Assembly (NCBI GenBank): GCA_904063045.1
Contig: CAJFCJ010000006.1
Span: 2,532,946-2,596,945, forward strand
Source: Dimorphilus gyrociliatus
Taxonomy: Eukaryota; Animalia; Annelida
Reading direction: 5' to 3'
DNA: 64,000 nucleotides
The position numbers and the translations under genes were made by a program. The notes under the pieces are model-generated. The model was not told where the DNA came from. It was given only the letters and a program-made list of their open reading frames with translations, and did no database searches. Shown piece by piece: positions 1-17,900 of the stretch; the stretch's first letter is position 1, and each line of letters opens with the position of its first letter.

Positions 1-2046
1 GCCTAGATATAATGATAAATAATTCGTGTTTATTGTTATTGCATATGCAGTTTTATAATAGAAATTATTGCGTATAATTTTAGTAAAGCAAGACTTTGGG
101 CTTAATATATTGAGGTCTTTTCACAACGCAAACCAAGTTATATATAGGGCGTCCATGTGTAAAGAAATTTTTATGCTGAAACCAATGACGATTGGCTGGT
201 GTTTCGATTAAATATCGGTTAAGATATCGTTCTCGATTCGATTTCGGAAAACACGTTAATTTCTATCTGCATAGTGAGCCTGTATATTCGTAAAGTAGTA
301 GAGTCCTGAATGATTAAATATTTTTAAGTTTGGTTTTTTCTTCCCGCTTAGTCCAGATTTTGGGTTTAAAATTATTGTAATTAGGAAAAATGAATTATAA
401 CCCACCGGTATGTTTAAATTTATTATTCTATGTGCGTCTTCTTTGTCGATACTCGTCGCTGTATTATGTATTCTCCTGCTTAACATCGGGCGGAACAGCC
501 TAAACAAATCATTTCTTACTTTAAAGCGTGCAAAAGTGAAAAATCACGCATCCTTTACTGTTTTTTTTTGAATTAAGTATATGAAACATTTATATTTTCA
601 ATAATGATTTACTTATTTATATTTTCTTACCCTATATAAAATAATGAAGTTTAATTTCTAACTCATGGTTTAATTGACAAAAGCACTGGTTGTATTTTAC
701 GTAGGCATATACTCTCCTTTCCACTTAACTTGAATTTATTTACAATTTGTTTCTACGAATGTATGCGCCATAATATAAAACATTTGCGTCATTTTTTTTG
801 TCTTTTTCTCTTCAACCCAATTAAGAAAATCAGGAAGGTTATTGGGATTTTTTGAGCCTAGCAAAGTCGGATTTAGATTAAGTAAGTGTAGTATATATTT
901 TTTTAATTAATTAAGACATAATGTTGATTTTTAAAAATATTTCTTATAGTATAGTCGATTTGTACATAGTACTTTTTGTTTTTACAGACTGTTACAGTAT
1001 GCTTTTTCTTTAGTAAAAACAATATACAAATAAAGCAGAAGAGATTGTTTAGTTAATTTGGTAAGGAAAATTATATAATTATTAAATATATCGTATGGAA
1101 AAAATTACACGTAAATTCATATGGTTCTCTCTTTTCAGGTAATAACAATATAAAAAAAAGCGACAACACCAGCATTAGATAATCCTTCCAAATATATGAT
1201 ATATAAACAAAAAGTAGTTTAATAAATTGCATTAACCGTTTTCTCTTTCTTATTGTTTGTAAAGGAAAGTTAATTTCAATAAGAAATAATGTAATAAATA
1301 CTTTTCTTTTAATGCTTAAGGGAGGTTTTAACAATATCTTTTCTCTTATTTTTTTTTATTTTGTCTTATCCCTTCTCTTTAAAAAAAGAAAAGATATTAA
1401 ACTTATACATATTTGATATTCATATCGGGAAAATATTCCCTAAGAAAAGGTTTATAAGGATCTTATTAATTTTTACCTAATAAATATTTTACGTAAAAGT
1501 AAGAAACAAATCCTTTTTTCATTTAGTGTCGGGTTATAGTATTCTTTTCTAAATTCAACACTTAACTTTTCATTTCATGTTTTTAATTGAATTTGTATTC
1601 TAGTTTTCCTTTTAAAAATCATAAATCTTTGATTTTAATTGTTAATGAAATATGCTTTAATAAACAAAGAAAAAGGAGAAACTGATAAAATATATTCGTG
1701 GTAAATATGAGGTATCGAGGTCATAGAGAGAATAATCTGCTTTGAAAATTGTGCCAAAAAATTTGCTTCATTAAGAGTGAAATTTATGATAAACAATATG
1801 AAAAGGATTTTATAGGGAACTTGAAAAAAATTTGATAAATTGAATTAATCAAAGAAAAAGACTATTAAAATCCTTTTTAAGTAGGCAAAATAACTTTTTT
1901 GAAAGTAATTATCATTAGAAATATAATATTGTTGTCCAATTAATAAGAAACTTCTAATCTTTATCATGGAAATTTTTCAATAGGCAAGAAATCATACCTC
2001 TCGTCACAAAACAAGGAAAACAGCTCAAATTTTGAAGCACCGTAGT

Positions 2047-2973
2047 ATGACAGCATCTGATTTATGCCTATATGACGATGCAGCAACAGCATTAATTATA
2101 GATCCATTTTTGGAGATAAAAACTCATAAGATGGAAATAAATAGACCAGAATTTCTAGATAGTGAAAAAGAACAATTAAGGAGTATTATTTTTGAAGCTA
2201 TCAATAAACAAGACTTTGAGAGAGCATATGAAAATATTGTAGATACTGGTTTAATTAGAGAATTAAATACTAAGAAATTTAAAGATCATCTCTTCCTCTT
2301 CTTTAATTTCTTTAAGAAATCATCAGGATTCCAGATTGATTTATGTGATCGTTATATATCTGAGGGTAAGAAGGGAGCCAAAATCATATCAACTAGGAAA
2401 TGGTCGAGGGGTGAGAGAATTCAGGACCTCATCGGTTGTATTGTTGAATTAACTGATAAAGAGGAAAAAGAAATTCTTAGGTATGGAGAAAATGATTTCA
2501 GTGTGATGTATTCAACCCGCAAAAAGTGTTCACAATTATGGCTGGGCCCTGCAGCTTATATTAATCATGATTGTTGGCCAAACTGTAAATTTGAGGCCAA
2601 AGAAAATGAAAAAGCTGAGGTTGTTGTTATTAAGGATATAGACGTGGGTGAAGAGATACTTTGTAACTATGGCAGTGATTTTTTCGGTGAAAAGAACTGC
2701 TTTTGTGAGTGTATGACTTGTGAGTATATGGGACGAGGATATTTCGCCCAAGTGAAAGAAACTGATGAAAAAGAGGGCGGATATTGTTTAAGATTCACTT
2801 CAAATCGTAGGCAGAGATTTGATGCGAAGAAGAATGAAACAAAAGATCCTAAGAACAATGATTCAGCATCCAAAGTTCGGAAAAGGGAGAGATATCAAAC
2901 TGAAAAATTAGATAAACGAATTGAAGAATCAGCGAAAACGTCTTTTAGAAGAGTTTTGCGGGAGAATGTGTAA
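2047..2973 (+). CDS. KMT5B: Histone H4K20 methyltransferase SUV420H/KMT5B-C orthologue (single coding exon)
   Basis: N-term MTASDLCLYDDAATALIIDPFL..THKM; SET motifs DFSVMYSTRKKCSQLWLGPAAYINHDCWPNC and EEILCNYGSDFFG; post-SET CECMTCE. First ATG at 2047 (the track's 2032 start is TTG). Confidence 0.95.
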   Translation: MTASDLCLYDDAATALIIDPFLEIKTHKMEINRPEFLDSEKEQLRSIIFEAINKQDFERAYENIVDTGLIRELNTKKFKDHLFLFFNFFKKSSGFQIDLCDRYISEGKKGAKIISTRKWSRGERIQDLIGCIVELTDKEEKEILRYGENDFSVMYSTRKKCSQLWLGPAAYINHDCWPNCKFEAKENEKAEVVVIKDIDVGEEILCNYGSDFFGEKNCFCECMTCEYMGRGYFAQVKETDEKEGGYCLRFTSNRRQRFDAKKNETKDPKNNDSASKVRKRERYQTEKLDKRIEESAKTSFRRVLRENV

Positions 2974-3774
2974 ACTTTCTGTATTGCTGAAAGCTTAGTT
3001 CAATTTTATCTGTTATTCTATATCGTCTCAGTCGTTTTTTTTGTTATAGACTGCCATTTTGGAAAAACTGAAGTAACACTCTCTATTTCTCTCTATATCC
3101 TTTTTCTTTTCTTTAACATTTTAAAAATCATCATCTATTATTCTTATAGCGTTTTTAATTCTTATTTTAAATATGTTGATGAAAATGATGAACAAAAAGA
3201 AAATTATTACAAGCTCTTGTTTTCCATAGCTTTATGTCTTTCACAAGCTTGAGAGCTTACTTTTTTTTTATTTTACGTTAAAAGTTATTATAAAAAAAAT
3301 TAGGTTAAGTATTTATTGCATTAAAAGAGTTTTAAGATTGTGATCAGTGTTGAAATAAAGAAAAGAAACTATGGCTCATTTTAGAAAAGAAATTATTATT
3401 ACTATACTTTTTACTATCTAATATTTATTTTTTAAATAGCCTTAATACGATTTGCGCTAGTTTTAAGACTAATTACTGCTAATTTATCATCTTAAAAGAG
3501 TCTTTACTTGGATATATATATATGTATTTATTTATACTTTTGTTGTTGATATATTCAATTATTTATAAACATGTAAGTTAATATTTTAAACATTTGTTTA
3601 CAGGGCTCATCTGCACAGAGGCCTAACTGTGGTAGATGGAATAACAAAGCTTCCGCATCATCAAGAAATTCACTTGAAACACGTCAGCAAGCAGCCTTTC
3701 CAGGACACTCTTACGGAGAGTTTCATCCCGCAAATAATAATTTAAATTGGTATGACAATCCACCAAATAATTTT

Positions 3775-6446
3775 ATGAGTGGAATGCCCAATTATAGGAG
3801 TATTCCTCCACCTCAAGGCCAACCTCATCAGGAATTTAGGGGTCATCAACCGGGCCCACCAGAACGAGTCTTTCATAATCCATTACCTGAGAATATGCGA
3901 GAAAATGTTGATATTAGCCTGAAAACGGAAGAATATCCTGTTAATCGAATGTATAATTCTAGGTATGATCAGGAGTTGAGTTATAGAACGAACCGAAATA
4001 ATTTTAGCTATAATGATTCATATTACGTAAATGAAAAGAAAAAATATTGGGCCAATCCATTAGATAGCCTGAGGTTGGAACTTGAAGAAACCCCTCAGCA
4101 AAATAGCAAAGCTAATGCTTTAAGGGCTGTTTATGAAGAGCTACAAGAAAGGGCTAATTCTCCTCCCAAGCATCTACCACCGGATATATCGGCTGCGCCA
4201 AAGAGGTCCATTCTGAAAAAAACTTCCACTTCAAGGCAAGGCGTTCGGTTGGATGAAGAAGAGAGCTTTTTATATGGGTCAACAATAAATACACCAGCAA
4301 GAAATTTAGATTCCATCGATGAAAGTATGTGCGAACTACGTAAAAAGTACGAAATGCAAAAAAATCTAACTTTTGGACGGAAAAGTAACACGGATCTTTT
4401 AAACAATAAAAGAAATTTTAGCAATAGGCCAACATCATCAACTGACAATCAAAGTTCAAATTATTCAGAAAGTAATGGCAATGAGGAATCAGCTATTTTA
4501 CAAAATATATTTCAAACGATTGGAGTTTCATCCGATATTCAAAATTTAGTTGAAAAGCAAAGGAAAAAGAAATTGGCCGAAAAAGAAGAATTTAAGATAA
4601 AGCAAACTTCTTCGACTTTTATGGATGGAGGACTCTTTGAGGCGATTGAATCGAAAGGAAAATTTGCAAAATTTTTACCAGAAGATGGAGAAACTTATGA
4701 AGAAAGGGCCAGGAAATATAAGGAAATAGAAAAGGAAAAAGAAGATATAAGATTGTCTGAAGTTAAGAAAAAAATCGAATCGAGAAAGCTTGAGGAGAAG
4801 ATAAGTCAACGCCCCACAACATCTGAAAAGAATGTTAAAGATATTGACATCAAAGGTAAAGACGAACCAACTTTAAAAGAAATCAGAATTGATCCTGTTG
4901 AAAGAAATCGTCTTTTGGAGAAACATAAGGAAAGAATTAAACACCTGGAATTAGCTGAGCTTGAACTAGACAGGTGTCGACGAACACAAGTTGAATGGAT
5001 GAGGAAAAAGCAAAGGTCCAAAATTGGGGTTGATGAGGGTATCATTGCTGAAAATGAACGTCTTCAAAAATCAATGATAGATAGGATTAATTTATTAAGA
5101 AAAGAAGCCGATGATCTGTCAAGAAGAATAGGCTTAGAAGATGCAAGTGAAATGAAGACGGTTGAATTTGATAAGAAATGTTCCAATAACGCAAGCGAAG
5201 AAGAGTCAAAGCGAAAAAAGTCGAAAACAGAGTACGATTTTATAGACGTAGGAAATCACTGGTGCCGGCTATGCAACACTGTTTCAGTAAATGTTTACGA
5301 ACTGTTCAATCATCTAAAAACCAAAGAACACGCCGAAAATGCCGATCCATTCGATAGGCCTTGGTTACCTGAGCATTTAAAAAATCAAAAAGTCGAAAAG
5401 AAAAGAAGTTCTACAAAAGCGCCTTTCAAAGGTTATTTCTTCCTTTTTCTTTCTCTCTAACTCTTTAATTAATCTTTCTTTCCATTGTCTTTTTCCTATC
5501 CTCAACAATAATTACGCTAAACTCATTTTTTAAATAAGCTTAAGGTCATGAAGGGCAAAAGAGTTTACAATTTGTTAACAGATAAAATACATACTTTTTC
5601 TTTCACAAAGGTGTGGAATTTATGATGCCAGTTAACGCATTCTATTGCAAGTTATGTGATGAATTTGCCGGTGATCATTTATCTGCAGAAGATCATCTAA
5701 AATCCAGCGATCATAATGAAAGATTTCGTGTAAGATATTTTAATAGAAATTATATATTAGTATTTAATCATTTGATTCCTTTTTGCACTAAAAAGCTCTA
5801 TTTGCAAGAAAATCCTTTGTACGAGAAACAATACCATTTAGAAAAAGCTGTTAATCTTGCTAAATGGAAAAGGAAAAAAGAAGATGAAGAACGGAAGGAA
5901 ATTAGGCAAGATATTCTAAAAAATCGTAATGATATCATTATTGAAAAGAAAGCGGATGAGAAAAGAAAAATCATTGTTGAAAATAAGAATGATTCGGAGA
6001 AATCTAATAAACCAGACGTTAGCTTCAGGACGAAAATAATTACTGGGAAAATTCCAGGGATTCATAATGATAGGAAGAGAAAGTTATTAATACCTTCTAC
6101 ATCGGTAATTTTTTTTATCTATTTCATCGTATATCATCCTTATCTTCATTTTTTCTTTTAAATAAAACATAGGCAAAGAAAGGTAAAAGCGCTCAAGAAC
6201 AGAAGGTAACGCAATCTTCGTCTTCCTTATCGACGCCGTTACAAGTACCTTCCTTATCGTCATCATCATCTTCTTCTTCATACTCTAATTTAGCAAATAA
6301 GCAAAAAAATCCGAAAAATTCACAGGATAGCGCTAAATTATCAAGTAAGACGATATTTAATTTCTATTTATATACACAAACAGAATATAGTTGAATGTAA
6401 TTTTTTCTTCGTATCTATAGGTGACGATATGGATCTAAGCAATTAG
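3775..6446 (+). CDS. ZNF318: ZNF318-like protein (coiled coil plus two matrin/U1-type C2H2 fingers)
   Basis: Exons 3775-5431, 5611-5729, 5796-6104, 6173-6344, 6421-6446 join in frame with GT-AG. Fingers HWCRLCN..HLKTKEH (followed by DPFDRPW) and FYCKLCDEFAGD..HLKSSDH; ENPLYE motif. Frame is open back to an acceptor at 3603, so the true start may lie upstream. Confidence 0.75.
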
Positions 6447-7364
6447 CATTTTCTTTAAAAAAGATGTACGCCATAATAGGCTCAGGGAAAGAATTAAAGA
6501 AAATAACAATACTCTGCATATCTTCTTTTTTATTTTTGTTGAATTGTTGAAAAATATCTTCCTCTTTTTTTCTAAATTTGCTCAAAAACTACTATGAAAA
6601 ATTCTATGTTTCTTTTTTTCTATAAGAAAATTGTAATACAGGAAAAATGTTGATCAATTTACTATATTATAATTATTTCTTCTTTGTTTTAAATTAGCGC
6701 CATCTATAGGAGAAGACAGAACGTCTGTTTTATTCATAGTTCTTAATTCTACGAGAGTTTTAATTTATTAATGCGAAAGATTACTTTATAGATCTTATTA
6801 AGTTGGCGAAGAAGTTAAAAATAGATTCTTCAGTAAATTAACAAGATGGTATATGTAACCAGCATTTTACCCTTTGAGCTGTTTTTATATATAGACTCGT
6901 TTAGCTAAAAGGATTAACTGATCGCCTCTCAATAGGCTCATTAGATTCCGTCAACGTTTCATCCTCTATTTAATTTCCTTCTTTCGTCGAGATATTCCGC
7001 TCTTCCGTTATTTCAGTGCATTTTTCCTATTTCCATTCCAAAGCCCTGTTTTCCTTCTCTTCGAGTAGGATCATTTAAAGGAATGGAAGAATCCTAAGAT
7101 CCTTAAATGAATTGGTTATTTCGGTGTATTATAAAAAATGGAGCAATTCATTTGTTAAAATTTACACCTGATTAAATAATTAACCTGGAATGTTAATCTC
7201 TATCGGTTCGATAACTTAACTAGTCTAAAACATTAAAATTATGTAAATTGATTATGCCAAATTGATTTTCTAAAATAAACATGAGATTCCCAATACTATA
7301 CAATATAGACGAAAAAAAGACGAAACAAAAGATATGGCTGTTAATCAAATTGCGACAAGAATCA

Positions 7365-12980
<5,616 letters not shown>

Positions 12981-13155
12981 CTATTGTAGGAACTTTGATT
13001 AAGATATTTTCGATGATTTAGAGAGCATGTTGAACAAATTGCAACAATAGAAGATAGAATTTAGATAATTATGCACTGTAGTTCATTATTTTAAGACGTT
13101 TTTCTATGTTTCTTGGCTGTTGGAAACAAATGGACGTCGGGAGGTTGTTTACGAG

Positions 13156-13175
13156 CGCCATATTGGATATCGATA
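13156..13175. promoter_or_regulatory. Clustered core-promoter motifs (YY1-like CGCCATATT, inverted CCAAT, DRE TATCGATA) in the divergent MLK/TUSC2 interval
   Basis: cgccatattggatatcgata read directly; lies between two head-to-head start codons (12980 and 13536). Confidence 0.4.
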
Positions 13176-13535
13176 AGTATACTAAAAACTGGTATTTGCT
13201 TCAGAGAAATATTTCTCCTGAGCAGGATTATTCTGGCGAACATTTATTTATTTTATATTTTAGTACTCTTTAATTAATCAAATTAATAAGTATTAATAAA
13301 AAAATAAATATAAGCTGGACTATTTGAAGGTACGTTTATCAATTATCGTTCTAAACCAGAGGTCTAATTAAAGCTGTAATAATGAAGGATAGTGTTTCTA
13401 GGATTTCTTTTCTAATGCACTCCTTGTATAACAAATATCGTATTTTTTTTATAATAGACAGTAATTTATTGTAGTTAATATTGATTTTGATTCCTCATTA
13501 ATAACGGTGTTGTTTTTCCAATTATCAGGTTAAAT

Positions 13536-13969
13536 ATGGGGCAGGCCAGTTCCAGAATAGCCAAAGGAGTCCTATCGCCATTTACTCAAAAGACAACGAA
13601 AGAAACGCCACCTAATAATCAACTTTTAGTTAGCCCATTCGTTTATGTGGTTAACAGGTAATTCTATTGTCAATTAGATAAACGTTGTAATTAATTTAAG
13701 ATATACAACGTAAAACAGCGGACTCTACGTCGATGAAGATGGTTTTGTAGCAAACGAATTCTATGTTCAAGTTCATGATAGGGCAACTGGAAGGAGAACA
13801 ATGAAAAAAAATGATCGAGTCAGACCATACGTAAGATAGACATTTCTTAAAAAATTAGGATTTTTCAATTAAACTTAAAAGAAAACAACTTTTTTAGGGT
13901 GAAATTAAATTGGATATACCAAGAATAAAAGTCGATTTGCCAATTGTTATTTGCGAGGCACCATCATGA
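13536..13969 (+). CDS. TUSC2: Tumour suppressor candidate 2 (FUS1) orthologue, 101 aa; absent from the ORF track
   Basis: Exons 13536-13657, 13719-13830, 13898-13969 translate to MGQASSR..SPFVYVVNSGLYVDEDGFVANEFY..GEIKLDIPRIKVDLPIVICE, matching the TUSC2 pattern PFV..YDEDGDLAHEFY..G.VKLD.PRI.VD.P; N-terminal MG (myristoylation-type). Confidence 0.9.
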
Positions 13970-14910
13970 TATAACTTCACTGCAAAACTCTTCATTGTAG
14001 AAAAAAACCTATAAAAAGAAATGTAGATGATTGCCTCAATTGATTTTCTTTTTTAATTAAATAAAAATTGTACAGATAAAAGAACTTCTTTTTTTTTTAA
14101 ATTGTTTTAATTTCATAATTTCATAGAAAAGATAAATGGCCCAGCTTACGTGTTCTTTAGATTATTATTTTTAACTGATATATTCTCTCCTTAATTCCAT
14201 TCTCGTGTCATACGTACGTAAATTGCTTTAGACATATACATACATATATTTGAACAAATCCCTCTCTGTTCCGTTTCATTTAATTCAATTAAGCTTTACG
14301 AAATGTACATATGTTTTAAACTGTAATGTGGTTGATTAAAATTTAACTGATTTAATAAACTCTTCAAAGTAAATATTTTCAACAAATACGTGCGTTAAGT
14401 TGAAATTCTAATATTAATCAAATAATCCTCGTCTGAAGAAGAAACTTCCATTAATACTATTCACAGGAAAGTATGAAAGTCTGAACTTTTTTCTTTCGTG
14501 GACTCCGCGATGTCTAAAAAATTGGAACTAAATTATTCTTTCACTGTAATTCATTGTAGTATATATTTTTTTTATATATTTGCTAGTGATGAATATTTAT
14601 GAAGAATTTCTTTTGAAGATTCTAATAAAATATTGCCTATCTTATACTTTTAAACAAGCTTAACTAATAAAACTAAACTAAAATTTTAGCTAATATTTTG
14701 CGCGTGAGGTAAATAATTGAACTTTAAGTTGCTTTTGATTTGTCTTGCTCTTAAAATGAGGCATTTTGTTGATGTGAATACGGGTTCGAGGTTGTATTTT
14801 AGAAAAAAGCAGAAGATTTTATAGACTGGTCCGAATGGAACATGTGTAGTCTGGTTCTATTTCGGTTTTTTGGCTATGTTTCGACCTGACTAAATTAAAC
14901 GTATTACCAA

Positions 14911-17900
14911 ATGAGTTATCCTAGAAATAGATATAGACATGAGACATATTCTGATGAAAAATATAGACGACCCAGGGCAAGGGATTTTTCGGATTCTGGA
15001 AGCAGTTCAAGAATTCAAACAGAATCTGTCGAACGAAAGAGAACGCAAGAAAGTGAAGGAAGAAGACGAGAGAGGAGGCAAAATTCTTACGTCCCATCAG
15101 TAAAAGGAAAAGTTACGGTGGTGCATAACACAAATTATGAAGGAACAAGAAAAAGAAGACGTCCAGAAACGAAAGAGGTTTGAATATAATTTTGAACTGA
15201 ACGATTCGATGCACATCAAAGGGTATTTCCTATGCATAAATATATTTATACATGTTATCAAATTCATAGGAAATGTGTGAAACATGGGCAACCAGAGCAG
15301 AGAAGAAGAAGCATCATATGTTGCGAAAGAGGTAGAAAAATTTTGCAATATTTGCCAAAAATTATCAACTTCCAAGAAGCATCTTGACTATCTAATATTG
15401 TTTTTTCATTTTTTTCAATAGCGGTAAAGAGCACCTATATGATGTTCCATGGGAGTATGGACATTACCGAGATACAAGCGAAGTCTTCCCAAGTCAGATG
15501 AATGAAAGACTGGATATAAGATCTAGACCCCCTTCTAGTAGAAGATCACGATCAATTTCTATACCAAGATCGGAAGCTAGACATTCCGAAAGAAGATCAT
15601 ATAAGGGTTATGAAGAAGATGGATATCCTAGAAATTCACATTGGGACGAAAAACCGTTATATGGCGATTTAGGTGAATATAAGAGAGACGGTCCAACCAG
15701 GACGGAATTAGAATATGGAAGAGGCTTTTTTCCTACTCGCAATCATAAAGCTAATTTGGGTGGAAACTATGATTGGGATAGGGACAGAGATAGAGATAGA
15801 GATAGAGATAGAGAAAGAGAAAGAGATAAAGAGCGTGACAGACAACGCGAAAGAGAAAGGGAATGGGAGCGGGAAAAGCAAAGAGAAAGGGAAAGAGAAA
15901 TAGAAAAAGATAGACTAAGGGAAAGAGATAGAGACAATCGAAATTCTTTTCAGAAATCTCGAAATAAGCAGCATTTATATAAATATAGACTGAGGAGAGA
16001 TAATTATTCGGACGATGAGGAAAATTCTACCTGGCGAAAGTGGAAAGCCGGAAGGTAAATCTATTTATTTGTTCATAGATCGTATTAATTTCTAATAAGA
16101 TATAACGAATGGTAGATATAACGATGAAGGAAAGGAAATTGATCCTTACGTTGATAAATCATCGAAAGCTAGAGGTTATCACAAGGAATGGCACAGAGCA
16201 GGAGAAATGCCTGTCTGGAAAGCTGGTCGCTTAGACAAGGATGAATTAAGATCTCATTTTGTTCGTCAAGAATCACTTTTATCTCAAAGAACTATACGAC
16301 TGTTGTCCTACCTATGTGAGCAGGGTTTGGCAGTGAGCCTAGATGATTTCAAGAAAACGATGCTTTATACCCAATATTTCGAAGAAGAAGATTTAGATAG
16401 TTATGTTAATTCTAATTCAACTTTTTTAAGTTTAATAGGTAAGAAACTTGTATCTAAAACCATTCAAGCTTGTTTAATTTACTTTTTATTTTACTTTGCT
16501 AGCATTTGACGAAAAGAAAGTTTTGAAGCTTTCATCAGATTTATCTATTTGTGATGAATATTATACAATTCAGGAATGTTCTAAAGAAAAGAATTGCCGG
16601 AATCTTCACATTTGTAAATTTTTTGTTCTCTCCCAATGTGTTTCAAAAGACAATTGCAATTATGGTCATAGTTTGACATCGCCCCATAATGAAAAAGTCT
16701 TACGACGACACTGTCTTATTGACCTCAGGCCTGAGTACATTAAAGTGATTGTAAAAAACAACAGGTAGCTAACTCTAGTCTTTTTTCTAAGGCTTTTCAA
16801 TTAGAAATATTTTATTTTAGATCGGCTGTTTGCTGGCCACGAGCTTGTTCATATTATAATACCAAACACGGGTGCCAATTTGATATTATAGGTGAAAGTT
16901 TAAAATGTACGTCTATGCATGTCTGCCTTGCGTATCTGCGTGAGGAATGTGATCAAGAAGAATGCCCTCGATCTCACAATATCTATGACGAGCAACCACG
17001 GAATATACTGACGAGATTTGGTTTTAATCCAAACGTAGATGAAGTTGAGCTTTTAGTAGAGTTGATGAATGCTCCGCACTTTTCAAAAATGTATTTTGAA
17101 CAACTTATGGAGAAATCTATAGAGGAAGATGAGGTAGAAGAAATTTCAAGAAAAAGAGCTGTTATTGAAAACGCTTTGGAAGCAGAGCTTCAACAAGAGC
17201 AAGAACTGCAACAAACTGCTCATTCTGCTAAATATATGGCTTTGAGAAAAAAATCGAAGTTTGCTATGACGAATTTTCTGCCTGCCTCAAATTATGTAAA
17301 CTGCATTTGATAAAATAATTTCTTTTACGAACTAATCATTTTTGTCTTTTAGGCTTTCTTCGAACCTGTGCAAAATCTACCATATCGCTTAACTGATACT
17401 CCATATATTTGGCAGTATGAAAAAAAAAATTGTTGGCATGATTTTGCTGAAGAAGAGTGCTTAAAACTTGAAGAGTATTACAGCGATCCGAAGAATGTTC
17501 AATGCTCCGCAAAAGCGATAAAAGTTGGAACAGTTGAAGTTGACTTTGAAGAATTTGTTTATTCCTCCAATATGTTTGCGTCTGGGTCTATTCGACGATT
17601 CTCTTTCGACTACAGTGGTTCAGCTGTTATCGATGGCCCAAGTTTAACAAAATGGCGATGGTACTATAACGCAGATAATACATGGGTAAAGTACGGGAAA
17701 TATCATGAAGGCTTGAAAATGGACATAACCCAAGAACAATTAGAAGAGTGTTATAGCAATGACAAGTTTAGTGTTGTAGAATTTTCAACGGAAGGGTTAG
17801 ATGGGGAGAGTCGTCAACTTTTCGAACTACAAATGGGCGAAATGAAACAATATAATTTGAAGACAGGCAAGGTATACTCAATTAGAAGAAGACCTATTTA

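Noticed and set aside
256-570. ORF 256-507 (-) and an overlapping ~53-codon hydrophobic plus-strand ORF from 410
   Set aside because: The track start is TTG, no family motif is visible and no splice partner was found; cannot be supported.
4131-5045. Antisense ORFs 4131-4448 and 4806-5045 (and similar ones at 2536, 2667, 17898, 21773, 24097, 33196, 43833, 46866, 47886-48980, 59557)
   Set aside because: Shadow frames opposite well-supported genes.
6900-7120. Purine-rich minus-strand stretch as an extra MLK terminal exon
   Set aside because: All three frames contain stops within short distances and no phase-compatible junction was found; more likely UTR.
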